Shown in pieces: positions 30,022 through 38,834 of a stretch of DNA of 48,490 nucleotides; position 1 is the first letter of the stretch; each line of letters starts with the position of its first letter. The stretch comes from Lambdavirus PDP110P1. The position numbers and the translations under genes are program-made. The notes below the pieces were generated by a model, which was not told where the DNA came from, ran no database searches, and saw only the letters and a list, made by a program, of their open reading frames with translations. The DNA is taken from sequence record OZ035751.1; one strand, given 5' to 3'.

Positions 30022-30935
30022 TACTTCATCTCCTGCGGCGGTTCCGGTAGCGGCATCCAGTGAGTTGCTTGCTCAATACCATTACCCGGCTTAATCGTTG
30101 CATCTCCGCGCCGAAAGGTGCTTCCGGTATAGCGTGCGGAGCATATTAGCGGTTCAACCAGAGAGCTATCGAAATTCACCGAAATAAGCACGTTCTGGCC
30201 ATTTTCAGGCATTCGATCACTACAGCTTATCCAACTATCCGGAGTTCCCGGAGAGTTGCCATTTACATCGAAGTTTGGCTCTGCGTCCTGAACCAGGAGG
30301 ATGTAACCATTCTTGGCTGTATCAAGTTCTAACGCCTCGGTGACGGTGCCGAAATAGCGATTACCTAAATCAGCATCACAAGTGCTTACATCAATGGAAA
30401 CTTCCATGCCTTCGATTAATTCTGGCAAGTTGTAAGTTTGGCTTACAGGTTGGCTACCCTGAAGCATGGCAGCGTGGCAGGCTTCATCAACCATAGCTTC
30501 TACGTTTTCGAGAAGTACGTAACTGTACTGCTGCCCACTAACCCATTCTTTTCTGCGAGGTAATGCGCGTGGGTCCGCTACAATGGTTCGCAAACGTTCC
30601 AGAACAGCAGGCACTACCGGCTCTACTGCCAACTGACTGGCATATTTGTTAATGGTAACGATAAGCTCTTGCTCGGCCTCATCCAGACAATCACCGATAC
30701 CTCGCCTGTCACCGTCAAAATCATCGAAATCGGCACGAATCCTGGCAACCTCCCGGATTGCGGACAACACTTCACCAGGAATAAGCGGAGAGTTGCCCGA
30801 TAGTGCATTCTGCTCCAGTGATGCCAGTGCAATCCGTGCCAGCTCACGAATCTCACCGCCGTCTATATCGTCAATGTCATCACGGCCAGAAATGTTAGCC
30901 AGCCATTGCAGTCGCTCTTTGGTAATAGTGGTCAT
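30021..30935 (-). CDS. DUF551-domain protein
   Basis: 304 aa; RBS AAGGAG; C-terminal motif …ATHWMPLPEPP resembling DUF551. Confidence 0.5.
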   Translation of the reverse strand: MTTITKERLQWLANISGRDDIDDIDGGEIRELARIALASLEQNALSGNSPLIPGEVLSAIREVARIRADFDDFDGDRRGIGDCLDEAEQELIVTINKYASQLAVEPVVPAVLERLRTIVADPRALPRRKEWVSGQQYSYVLLENVEAMVDEACHAAMLQGSQPVSQTYNLPELIEGMEVSIDVSTCDADLGNRYFGTVTEALELDTAKNGYILLVQDAEPNFDVNGNSPGTPDSWISCSDRMPENGQNVLISVNFDSSLVEPLICSARYTGSTFRRGDATIKPGNGIEQATHWMPLPEPPQEMK

Positions 30936-30945
30936 GTGTTACTCC

Positions 30946-31209
30946 TTAACCAGCTGTGCTTTCAACTGACGAGGGGAACAAAATCTTTTCTTCAAATCCG
31001 GCATTCATATCATGGACAGCAACACACCAATCCATTGACGAACGATTATCAAGAGCCTCCATGATTTCATCCATGCGGCGTAGGTCATACAGGTAAATGT
31101 TTTTATCACCAATGGTGTAAAAACCAATTTTTTTCGGTGACGGGCAGCGATCAATAACGTTCTGTAATTCGCTCAACCATGCCTGTTCCTTTTTTGTCAA
31201 AGTTGCCAT
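30946..31209 (-). CDS. hypothetical protein
   Basis: 87-aa ORF in early-left operon. Confidence 0.45.
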   Translation of the reverse strand: MATLTKKEQAWLSELQNVIDRCPSPKKIGFYTIGDKNIYLYDLRRMDEIMEALDNRSSMDWCVAVHDMNAGFEEKILFPSSVESTAG

Positions 31210-31210
31210 A

Positions 31211-31618
31211 TCACTCTCCTTTGATGCGAATGCCTGCGGCGCGGATTGCAGCGATGACTTCAGAAACTTTGTATGCCATTACCGTTTGGTAATCATCGTG
31301 AAAATCTGTTCGATGAAGCATGCTGCTACGTTCCGGGAGCAGTATTTCCCGCGCTTCCAGTTCTGCAATGCGCTTTTTTGCTGCTTCCAGTTCATCCAGT
31401 AATTCCAGCACGGTAGCCGGATTAGCCTTGGCAACAAAATCCCGGACTGGCTTACAATCAATCTCCGCAATTGGTTGATACAATGTGTAGCCATGCTGTC
31501 TTGTATAACTACCGTGACGAATAACGAAAAAATCACCATTTATTTTTTTAGCCTGCCACTTATCTTCACCGGCTTTCTCTGCCGCTTCACGCAGTGCCTG
31601 ATAGTCAATCTTGCTCAC
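31211..31618 (-). CDS. hypothetical protein
   Basis: 135 aa; GTG start in context AGGAGGCAACCAGTGAG. Confidence 0.45.
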   Translation of the reverse strand: MSKIDYQALREAAEKAGEDKWQAKKINGDFFVIRHGSYTRQHGYTLYQPIAEIDCKPVRDFVAKANPATVLELLDELEAAKKRIAELEAREILLPERSSMLHRTDFHDDYQTVMAYKVSEVIAAIRAAGIRIKGE

Positions 31619-31859
31619 TGGTTGCCTCCTGCTTCTCTGCCTTCAACACCATGCGAGAACCATCATCAAGTTCCCACGCGATCTCACCACCTTCAGCCAT
31701 GACCAGTCGCCACACCAATTGAGCAGCCTCATTGGTAACATCACGACCTGGATCATTGCCAACGCGCATACGTCCACCTTCAACATCGCGCATTTTTGCC
31801 AGCATGATAGTTTTTGATAGCGGTGAAAAACCAAGCTGTAGTCGTGCTGAATTACTCAC
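31605..31859 (-). CDS. hypothetical protein
   Basis: 84 aa from GTG 31859 with the same AGGAGGCAACCAGTGAG start context; track ORF extends further 5'. Confidence 0.4.
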   Translation of the reverse strand: MSNSARLQLGFSPLSKTIMLAKMRDVEGGRMRVGNDPGRDVTNEAAQLVWRLVMAEGGEIAWELDDGSRMVLKAEKQEATSEQD

Positions 31860-32089
31860 TGGTTGCCTCCTTTGCGTAACTGGGCGGCGCTTCTGATCTT
31901 TCCACTCTTGACCCCAGCGAAAGCCTTTAGCCAAAGCTTACGGTTGAGTGGATCATCTGTTGAATACGGATTGTCAGTTACCTCGAGGCCTATTACGGCG
32001 GCGTAGATTCCCTCCTCGTAAGCGTTGTCGACGTCTCTGGCATTACCATCTGCATCAATTCTTCTGGCAGGCTTAATCTGATTGCTCAT
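31856..32089 (-). CDS. hypothetical protein
   Basis: 77-aa ORF, coupled to neighbours. Confidence 0.4.
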   Translation of the reverse strand: MSNQIKPARRIDADGNARDVDNAYEEGIYAAVIGLEVTDNPYSTDDPLNRKLWLKAFAGVKSGKIRSAAQLRKGGNQ

Positions 32090-32526
32090 GCTGCACCTCC
32101 TTCGCGAAGCTGAGTGGCGAATTCATTAAGCTCAGCTAACAATTCATCAGCCCACTGAGCCGCTCTGCTTGCGTAGAGCATCTCCACACCCTGCGCCCGG
32201 ACTTCAGCCAGGAAAGCATCTGTGGCTGGGGTGTCTGATTGCAGAGACTTTGCGCGATAGTCATTCCACCCTCTTGCATACATGGGATTAACTTGCACTC
32301 CATCTTTTACGCAATATGCCTGACCTCCACGGTTGATAACCTTGATTTCGTCCATAGCGCCAGACTTCAGCCCCGCATTCTCCGCCGCCAGCGCCGCGCA
32401 CTTGGCCTCCGCTTCAGCAAATTTACGCACCAGATATTCAGCGTTTGTTTCGTTAACCTTTAAATCACTTGGAATGCATTTACCTTTCAGAAATCCATCC
32501 ATCTCAATTAGTGACATTTGTTTCAT
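32086..32526 (-). CDS. hypothetical protein
   Basis: ~146 aa from ATG 32526 (track ORF from 32544). Confidence 0.4.
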   Translation of the reverse strand: MKQMSLIEMDGFLKGKCIPSDLKVNETNAEYLVRKFAEAEAKCAALAAENAGLKSGAMDEIKVINRGGQAYCVKDGVQVNPMYARGWNDYRAKSLQSDTPATDAFLAEVRAQGVEMLYASRAAQWADELLAELNEFATQLREGGAA

Positions 32527-32687
32527 TTTTTCCCACTCCGCCACATCGCATTCAGATATTTGTTTTGATTTACTGACGGAAAAGAATTTCTCTTAAGTAA
32601 TTCCTCTCTCGATGGCATTGGCTTTACGCGTTGGCGAATAATCATTTCTGCCGGAAGAATGCCGGGATTGTATGCAAGTCCTCTCAT
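32523..32687 (-). CDS. small hypothetical protein
   Basis: 54-aa ORF with RBS AAGAGGAA; stop overlaps next start; below the track size cutoff. Confidence 0.3.
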   Translation of the reverse strand: MRGLAYNPGILPAEMIIRQRVKPMPSREELLKRNSFPSVNQNKYLNAMWRSGKK

Positions 32688-32703
32688 GGTAAATTCCTCT
32701 TTG

Positions 32704-33018
32704 TTAATTTATTCGTATGCCTGCTCTTTCTTCATCGAGTTTTTTTAGCTTGTATCGCATAGCTCTTACTGAATAAATTGAGCGGCAGGTTGCAATTGCT
32801 ATTTCTTCTGCGGAGAACTTACCGAAAAGTGATACTTCGGCTCTTGTCCAGCGTCTTCCACGAAGTCGGCTAACAATGTCAGCGCCAATCCTTGTTGCTT
32901 TCGCCATAACTGCTTTTTCAGTCCTTTCCAGTTTTTCAGCAATAACTTCAACTGGCATTGTCGCCGATACTTCGCGCAAGAAATCGACTTCCCATTTCTC
33001 CCATGGAGCCTTTTTCAT
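32704..33018 (-). CDS. hypothetical protein
   Basis: 104-aa ORF. Confidence 0.45.
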   Translation of the reverse strand: MKKAPWEKWEVDFLREVSATMPVEVIAEKLERTEKAVMAKATRIGADIVSRLRGRRWTRAEVSLFGKFSAEEIAIATCRSIYSVRAMRYKLKKLDEERAGIRIN

Positions 33019-33029
33019 AGGCGATACCG

Positions 33030-33518
33030 TTATTTGATAAGAAGTGAAGGTTTACCAACCTTGAGTTGAGCACCGGGAATATTTATTCCTGCTTTTAGTT
33101 GGTGCTTGATTGCCAACTTGTCGGCTTTAATTGTCGTTTCAAACTCAACGTAATCAGGAGGAAGGGCGCTTGAGTCGATGATTTCTACAGTTTCTGACGG
33201 TTTGCGGATTGTTACCTGGTGAATACCTGCTCTAATCTTTTTCTTGCCAACCATTTCAAGCGATGAGGCTATATATGACATAATGCTATCAATCTTATTT
33301 TGAATTACTGCGGCTCGTTCATTTAGTGACTTTGCCTCTTCCTTGAGGCGTTCAGCATAACCAGATTCATTTTTAATAATGGCAAGAAGTTGCTCTATTT
33401 TATCGGTAAATTCTCCTTCCATGCCTTCTATTGTGTCAGCAATCATCTCTGGCTCTAAATCTGAATCCATCAATTTTGCGTATTCATTGGCAATTTCATA
33501 TAGTTTGCTCACTGGCAA
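33030..33518 (-). CDS. Gp157-like protein (RecT-associated)
   Basis: 162 aa immediately upstream of RecT-like gene, the usual pairing. Confidence 0.45.
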   Translation of the reverse strand: MPVSKLYEIANEYAKLMDSDLEPEMIADTIEGMEGEFTDKIEQLLAIIKNESGYAERLKEEAKSLNERAAVIQNKIDSIMSYIASSLEMVGKKKIRAGIHQVTIRKPSETVEIIDSSALPPDYVEFETTIKADKLAIKHQLKAGINIPGAQLKVGKPSLLIK

Positions 33519-34407
33519 CCTCCAGTTTTGCTTTGCATTCTGCGTAAATGGCTTGTACGTTCTGCTGCAATTTCATTCCAGATGTCAGGCGATATGCTTC
33601 TGCAAAATATCGCTTCAAATCATCCATGTTTTCTGCCTGAGCCATTTCATCACAAAGAAGTTGAGCTTTTTCCATAATTTCCTGCTGGCGTTTCCGTTCA
33701 TCTTCGCGGATATCTTCCTCTGATTTGTGCGGCATAACTGGTTCAGTCCATACACCTTCTTCTTCGTTTAGTACGTGAATAGCACTATCAAGACGTGATG
33801 CCTTAGGCCAATACTTGCTTGCACGCTTTACGACCGTCTTTCGCGCCATCTCATTCCAGTGATTTACCCATGGTCCTTTATCGCTGAATGCCGCCTTGCT
33901 TGTTTTCCTTACAGCCTCAATTTCAGCCAGACTCATCTCTTCCGTTAGATAATCACCTGCTGGCGTCTTAACTGTGCAGTAAACGCCAACGATATCACCA
34001 CGATCACCGAAGGCGTTGTATTTATGGGTTGGTGCTTTATCAAGCCCGTTTGACTCATAGGTATCGTTAGCATGAACAAGTTTTGCCTGACCCCATGAGA
34101 TAACACCAGACTCCATTGCAATATGGAGCAATCCCATATAACTGATATCAAGGCACACCATGCCGTCGCGCGGAACCAGATAAGCCAGTTTGCTAGCCGG
34201 GTTTAAGGTGATGCCGATCGCCGCAACATTGATGATGGCGTTCTGTGCGCTGGTTGGATTTGCCAGTGCTGTTTTAGCCAGGTAATCATTTTTCTGGAAA
34301 TACTGAATTGCAAACTGGCTTTCCTTAGCCCATGTCACCGTCTGTTCAGTCAATGCTCCGCAGAATAACTGCTCTTGCTGTTTAACGAATTCAACGATAT
34401 TGCTCAT
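33496..34407 (-). CDS. recT: RecT-family single-strand annealing recombinase
   Basis: 303 aa; segment GPWVNHWNEMARKTVVKRASKYWP matches the conserved RecT region. Confidence 0.8.
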   Translation of the reverse strand: MSNIVEFVKQQEQLFCGALTEQTVTWAKESQFAIQYFQKNDYLAKTALANPTSAQNAIINVAAIGITLNPASKLAYLVPRDGMVCLDISYMGLLHIAMESGVISWGQAKLVHANDTYESNGLDKAPTHKYNAFGDRGDIVGVYCTVKTPAGDYLTEEMSLAEIEAVRKTSKAAFSDKGPWVNHWNEMARKTVVKRASKYWPKASRLDSAIHVLNEEEGVWTEPVMPHKSEEDIREDERKRQQEIMEKAQLLCDEMAQAENMDDLKRYFAEAYRLTSGMKLQQNVQAIYAECKAKLEVASEQTI

Positions 34408-34715
34408 GCTGCTTCTCCAAAAATGTGTCTGCGTTTGAATATTGCGAAGGCATATTCAGCCTTAACTCTTTTGGTTATTGCATCCCAGAACCATTCAGCG
34501 GCTTTTTCCTGATAGTCACAGTCATCATCTTCCAGCCAGTCGATAGCGTCCTTAGTGTGTTCATCTGGCTTATATGAGCGAAGCATTTCGCTTATTGGGT
34601 CACAACGTTTGCAGAGGCGATCAACTTCACTGTTGATTCGTTCGTAATCTTCATCAGTAAAACTTGCGATGATTTGCGATATTTCACGCTTATCATTCAG
34701 AGTCAGAATCATCAT
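34404..34715 (-). CDS. hypothetical protein (upstream of recT)
   Basis: 103-aa acidic protein, ATGA-coupled to recT. Confidence 0.45.
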   Translation of the reverse strand: MMILTLNDKREISQIIASFTDEDYERINSEVDRLCKRCDPISEMLRSYKPDEHTKDAIDWLEDDDCDYQEKAAEWFWDAITKRVKAEYAFAIFKRRHIFGEAA

Positions 34716-34800
34716 CTTTCTCCTGTTCTTTGTGCTGATTGAGCATTTTGTTCATCTGACGAATGAATTCTTCGTCTGACCAGTTATCTGTAAAACTCAT
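34693..34800 (-). CDS. small hypothetical protein
   Basis: 35-aa ORF, start overlaps upstream stop (CCATGA). Confidence 0.3.
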   Translation of the reverse strand: MSFTDNWSDEEFIRQMNKMLNQHKEQEKDDDSDSE

Positions 34801-34967
34801 GGACGGCCTTGTTGTTTCAAAATATCCCAAAGCTTTTCGAGCAAACTTTTCATTCTTGGTTGTTTAAAGTCTGCTCCGGTTAAAATATTTTTTCGTGAAT
34901 GCTGCACCGATAAAATCGGGTTGAAAGGGCGAACCGATGCCGCCCCTGCAATAGCGAACTGTTGCAT
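34797..34967 (-). CDS. cIII-like small protein (putative)
   Basis: 56 aa; RBS GAAGGAG; N-terminus MQQFAIAG and C-terminal LWDILKQQG resemble lambda CIII. Confidence 0.35.
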   Translation of the reverse strand: MQQFAIAGAASVRPFNPILSVQHSRKNILTGADFKQPRMKSLLEKLWDILKQQGRP

Positions 34968-35030
34968 AGGATGCTCCTTCTGTTTGATTGCATAACGAAA
35001 ACGCCTCGAGTGAAGCGTTATTGGTATGCA

Positions 35031-35057
35031 TATAAAAAAGCCCTCACATTAGAGGGC
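35031..35057 (-). terminator. rho-independent terminator
   Basis: on - strand: GCCCTC-TAATGT-GAGGGC followed by TTTTTTAT. Confidence 0.6.
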
Positions 35058-35193
35058 AAAGAAGATTTCCAATAATCAGAACAAGTCGGCTCCTGTTTAG
35101 TTACGAGCGACATTGCTCCGTGTATTCACTCGTTGGAATGAATACACAGTGCAGTGTTTATTCTGTTGTTTATGCCAAAGATAAAGGCTACCA

Positions 35194-35394
35194 TCAGGCA
35201 GCCTTGTTATTCTGTTTACCAATTTCTCTGGCAATCATTGCCGTCGTTCGTATTGCCCATTTATCGACATATTTCCCATCTTCCATTACAGGAAACATTT
35301 CTTCAGGCTTAACCATGCATTCCGATTGCAGCTTGCATCCATTGCATCGCTTGAATTGTCCACACCATTGATTCTTATCAATAGTCGTAGTCAT
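35194..35394 (-). CDS. ral: Ral-like restriction-alleviation protein (putative)
   Basis: 66 aa, four-Cys motif CGQFKRCNGCK…C; same size and position relative to N as lambda ral. Confidence 0.5.
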   Translation of the reverse strand: MTTTIDKNQWCGQFKRCNGCKLQSECMVKPEEMFPVMEDGKYVDKWAIRTTAMIAREIGKQNNKAA

Positions 35395-35464
35395 ACGGAT
35401 AGTCCTGGTATTGTTCCATCACATCCTGAGGATGCTCTTCGAACTCTTCAAATTCTTCTTCCAT
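35378..35464 (-). CDS. small acidic peptide (putative)
   Basis: 28-aa ORF MEEEFEEFEEHPQDV…, RBS GAGGTG, overlaps the ral-like start. Confidence 0.3.
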   Translation of the reverse strand: MEEEFEEFEEHPQDVMEQYQDYPYDYDY

Positions 35465-35572
35465 ATCTCACCTCAAATAAGTGGTTTGCTGCCTAATTTC
35501 ATTTTCTGGCGACCAACACAAGTCACACCCATTTCACTGCGTGGCTTGCGGTAGTAAATTAGGTTTTTTCAG

Positions 35573-35600
35573 ACAATAAAAAACCCACCGAAGTGGGCTA
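35573..35600 (-). terminator. rho-independent terminator (tL1-like)
   Basis: on - strand: CCCAC-TTCG-GTGGG followed by TTTTTTATT, just after the 114-aa gene stop. Confidence 0.65.
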
Positions 35601-35942
35601 TGACCATTTTTTATTTGGATTTCGTTGGTGAGCGTGATTAACAACTCTGTGCATTACATCCTCATATTTTTCATCTTCAATTTTTTCGACATCGCGAGGA
35701 AATGGTGTTGCTAATGCTTTGTCAACTTTATCCATTGGGTCTTCATTAATCTTATATTCAGGACCGTCATCTATAGCATTAAATCCAGGTGTTACACCGT
35801 TTTTTAATGCATATGCTATCCTCTTTTCCCATCTCGCTATTCTCCTCCTGTCTCGAGATGTAAGACCTCTATCAGATACTTTTCTGTTTTGTCCGCGGTC
35901 AGGATTAACATAAATAGTCTTTTTCACCATAAGCATACTCAA
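35598..35942 (-). CDS. hypothetical protein (first gene after N)
   Basis: 114-aa hydrophilic ORF, ATGA overlap with N. Confidence 0.45.
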   Translation of the reverse strand: MSMLMVKKTIYVNPDRGQNRKVSDRGLTSRDRRRIARWEKRIAYALKNGVTPGFNAIDDGPEYKINEDPMDKVDKALATPFPRDVEKIEDEKYEDVMHRVVNHAHQRNPNKKWS

Positions 35943-36274
35943 TAAGCACCGTACGGTAGTTTACTGTACAATTTTATTTTTTGGACTGCATGTATTTTGT
36001 TTCCTAATGGGTTTGAATCTTTGTAATAAATACTTCTATTTTTTCGAACGACTTCTTCTTTCTTCTTGCAGCAAAGGATTCCTAGTGATGCTGCTTTGTC
36101 TGCTTTGACGCAACCAGAGAGCTTTAGCGCAATTTTTCGCGCCAGTGCTTCATTACTGCGTCGCTCGGCAATAAGTTCTGCTCTGCGAGCTTTGTAGCGG
36201 CTTTTTGCCGTACCTTTGGATTCTTTCCAGACAATGGTTACCATGATGGTCTCCTTTAAGTGGCTTTGGCGCAT
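35939..36274 (-). CDS. N: antitermination protein N
   Basis: 111 aa; N-terminal arginine-rich motif GTAKSRYKARRAELIAERR; first gene of the leftward operon, downstream of a nut-like site. Confidence 0.75.
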   Translation of the reverse strand: MRQSHLKETIMVTIVWKESKGTAKSRYKARRAELIAERRSNEALARKIALKLSGCVKADKAASLGILCCKKKEEVVRKNRSIYYKDSNPLGNKIHAVQKIKLYSKLPYGAY

Positions 36275-36349
36275 GACGCGTCGAGGTGCTTATCTTCTCG
36301 ATCGCTGTCTTGCAGCTGCAATTCGCGCCATCCCCAAAACCACTCAAGT

Positions 36350-36396
36350 TCTGGTCTCAACGGTTAGGTTGAGAGTCCGTCGATGTTAAAGAGCCT
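36350..36396 (-). promoter_or_regulatory. nutL (boxA and boxB)
   Basis: on - strand boxA GGCTCTTTAA, then 11 nt later hairpin TCTCAAC-CTAACC-GTTGAGA. Confidence 0.6.
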
Positions 36397-36435
36397 GCCA
36401 ATCTGTTCCGTTTGGCTTCCAGCGTCCTGCTGATG

Positions 36436-36530
36436 GAAATGATAGTCACATATTGTGATTTAATGGTCAATCACAAAATGTGTAAAATAAAGGTGTGACA
36501 CGTTATGTGTATGATTTTTTTGTGTAAATA
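36436..36530 (-). promoter_or_regulatory. OL/pL region
   Basis: repeated TCACA…TGTGA operator-like inverted repeats and a leftward -35 TTGACC / -10 GACTAT candidate. Confidence 0.5.
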
Positions 36531-36720
36531 GTTTTACCCGCGATGGTTTTGCTTACTTAAGTCGGTGGCAACAGCAGGATGGGTGCTGAAAAGTTCGAAA
36601 AACGAGCGAAGGTGGTGGTGGCGAGATGGCGGGATATGGGAGTTGTATTAAGAATTATAGTAATTTAATCAATAGTTTGGACCGGCGGGCAGGTGCTGTC
36701 CTGATAGTGATCGGCGGACA

Positions 36721-36751
36721 ATAAAAAACCCGGCTCGGTGGCCGGGTTTAT
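36721..36751 (-). terminator. rho-independent terminator ending the cI operon
   Basis: CCCGGC-TCGGTG-GCCGGG hairpin flanked by A-run and T-run, immediately after the 216-aa gene stop. Confidence 0.75.
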
Positions 36752-37402
36752 TTATTGCTTAGGAGCTTGTTGTGATGACGATTGGTTAGTTGGAGCGCTC
36801 GTTAATGGTTGCTGTGTCGGTACCTGTATTATAATTGGAGCCGGGCTGGTTACTGATGGTGACTTGTCATTGCCGGAGATAATCCAACTTGAGGCTAACA
36901 TCACGCCAGACAGAATCACAGTAACTAAAGTCAAGCCAACGGCCATCGCCCACTGAGTCGTTGTAAGTCCCGTTTTCAAACCGCCGATTTCACCTTTAAT
37001 TTCAGCAATACCTCTCTCAATAGAAGAAAATTGCTGAGTATAATAGGTTTTAAAGTCAGCTGATTCGCGACGCATTTCCGCAGCAATAGACTCTACCTCT
37101 GATTTGTTTTGTGAAAGCTTTGCGTCAAGTTCTTCTCTGGACATTCCGCTCACGCTTACCTCCAGGGTATCACTCTTCATCGCTACATCTTCCTTACTTG
37201 GGCGCAAACCCGTTTCGTCCATGGCGTATGAAACTCTATTTGATACCTTAGCATCAATACCAATACTTTGGTACTGAGATGGATCCCCATAAGGAGAAAC
37301 GGTTGTCGCTGCTAGGGTTGCACTAACTATAATACTTGGAAGAACTGATGATGTTGTTCCTGAGGTAGGTTGAACTGAAGAAACTGGCTTCAGTCTTTCC
37401 AT
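36752..37402 (-). CDS. coiled-coil, single-pass membrane protein (third gene of cI-distal cassette)
   Basis: 216 aa; Ser/Thr-rich N-terminus, central charged helical region, hydrophobic helix WAMAVGLTLVTVILSGVMLASSWII, Pro/Gln-rich C-terminal tail; start overlaps upstream stop. Confidence 0.5.
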   Translation of the reverse strand: MERLKPVSSVQPTSGTTSSVLPSIIVSATLAATTVSPYGDPSQYQSIGIDAKVSNRVSYAMDETGLRPSKEDVAMKSDTLEVSVSGMSREELDAKLSQNKSEVESIAAEMRRESADFKTYYTQQFSSIERGIAEIKGEIGGLKTGLTTTQWAMAVGLTLVTVILSGVMLASSWIISGNDKSPSVTSPAPIIIQVPTQQPLTSAPTNQSSSQQAPKQ

Positions 37403-37656
37403 AGCCCATTATCCCTGAGAGCTACCTGTAATGATTTTACTAATGCAACAGCTTGATCCGGGCTCATTGAGACTGACATGTTAGGGGTCAACTCAACTTT
37501 TACTTGGAAGCTATTATTTCCTTGCTCATCAGACTGCATGTGATGCTCAAATTCATGGCGGTAAAAAGTAATGATTGTTTCAGCACGATCAGGCGTAATA
37601 AGAACTGATGTGGCGGTCATGTGCTGAGGTATGATTTTAATAGTGTTATCTGACAT
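37390..37656 (-). CDS. small soluble protein (second gene of cI-distal cassette)
   Basis: 88 aa from ATG 37656 with RBS AAGGAAAC; track ORF extends to 37797 without an RBS. Confidence 0.45.
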   Translation of the reverse strand: MSDNTIKIIPQHMTATSVLITPDRAETIITFYRHEFEHHMQSDEQGNNSFQVKVELTPNMSVSMSPDQAVALVKSLQVALRDNGLWKD

Positions 37657-37848
37657 AAGTATCCTTTTTGTTTCCTTAGTATTTTTTTGCATTGACATCA
37701 GAAATAGCGAATCCACAAGAGTATGAGTAAAGCTAATCAGTTTAGTGATACGGTGACTATTAAAGTGGTAAACCACATCAAAGCTCGCAGAGTGCATACC
37801 AGGCTGTCACACATGACAAAGTAACGAGGATGCCTGATCTCATAGCGC

Positions 37849-38004
37849 TCAAAGAGACATGCCGATAATGGCATTAACCACGCATGACGCCATAAACACG
37901 CCGCCAACGATGAAGCTGGCTTGGTTCTTCCTGGTAGCGCCAAGAGTCAACAGAACCACTGAAAGGGCAAAAAAAGGTATCGCGATTATGCTGAACGTGT
38001 TCAT
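37849..38004 (-). CDS. small two-helix membrane peptide (first gene after cI; putative)
   Basis: 51-aa ORF MNTFSIIAIPFFALSVVLLTLGATRKNQASFIVGGVFMASCVVNAIIGMSL with RBS GAGGT 5 nt upstream; below the track size cutoff. Confidence 0.35.
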   Translation of the reverse strand: MNTFSIIAIPFFALSVVLLTLGATRKNQASFIVGGVFMASCVVNAIIGMSL

Positions 38005-38081
38005 GTTGACCTCAACTTATTTCGATTCTCCATCACCCTTAATCCGCCGCCCCATGTGTTTGTTGTGATTCGTTGCTGGCC

Positions 38082-38726
38082 TTAACCAAACGTCTCTTCA
38101 GGCCACTGGCTGGCGATAACTTTCCCCACAACGGAACAACTCTCATTGCATGGGATCATTGGGTACTGTGGGTTTAGTGGTTGTAAAAACACCTGACCGC
38201 TATCCCTGATCAGTTTCTTGAAGGTAAACTCATCACCCCCAAGTCTGGCTATGCAGAAATCACCTGGCTCAACAGCCTGCTCAGGGTCAACCAGAATTAA
38301 CATCCCGTCAGGAAAACTAGGTTTGGATCCTGTTGGCGCGGTCATGGAATTACCTTCAACCTCAAGCCAGAAAGCTTTTTCGCTGGCTTTTGTGGTCGTT
38401 GGGACCCATGCCTTTGCATCGCTGGCTGTGTAGCTTCCCACCTCCGAAAATGGCCCGGCCTGCACTGAAGAAAATAACGGGTATTCATATTGGCGAAATA
38501 CGGCGTCTGAATCCTCGCCAAACATTATTTTTGCCGGAGATACGCCGAGTGCCGCCCCAAGAACCAGCGCGTCATCCGCGCTAACCTTTCTTGTTCCTAA
38601 CTCGTAGTTCCCCAGGCGTGAAGGCGCAGCCCAGCCGCAAAGCTTGGCCAATTGAGCCTGGCTAAGTCCTTTAGCTTCTCTAAGGGACTTGATCCTTTCC
38701 CCGATAATTTCATGCATCGTTTTCAT
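38082..38726 (-). CDS. cI: CI-type repressor (HTH plus LexA-like S24 peptidase domain)
   Basis: 214 aa; N-terminal HTH (…[24 protein letters not shown]…), C-terminal autocleavage domain; divergent from cro across operators. Confidence 0.85.
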   Translation of the reverse strand: MKTMHEIIGERIKSLREAKGLSQAQLAKLCGWAAPSRLGNYELGTRKVSADDALVLGAALGVSPAKIMFGEDSDAVFRQYEYPLFSSVQAGPFSEVGSYTASDAKAWVPTTTKASEKAFWLEVEGNSMTAPTGSKPSFPDGMLILVDPEQAVEPGDFCIARLGGDEFTFKKLIRDSGQVFLQPLNPQYPMIPCNESCSVVGKVIASQWPEETFG

Positions 38727-38834
38727 CCCTTAAATGTAACACGCAACGTGATTGAACTCTGTACACGAATTGAGGTTGACTGTTAATCACAAATTGTGTG
38801 TAATGGGTGTGTGATTAATGCTAGGGAGACCGCA
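38727..38834. promoter_or_regulatory. OR operators with divergent pR/pRM
   Basis: pR candidate TTGACT-N17-TGTAAT (38776-38804); operator-like repeats AATCACAAATTGTGTGTAAT and GTGTGATTAAT. Confidence 0.6.

Noticed and set aside
29380-30063. 227-aa plus-strand ORF spanning the Ant upstream region and the 94-aa gene
   Set aside because: Overlaps better-supported minus-strand genes and a non-coding promoter region; no RBS.
37737-38068. Track ORFs 37737-37943 (-) and 37859-38068 (+) between cI and the cassette
   Set aside because: The 51-aa minus-strand ORF with a proper RBS fits the same region better; the + ORF is antisense to it and the other is in a different frame without an RBS.
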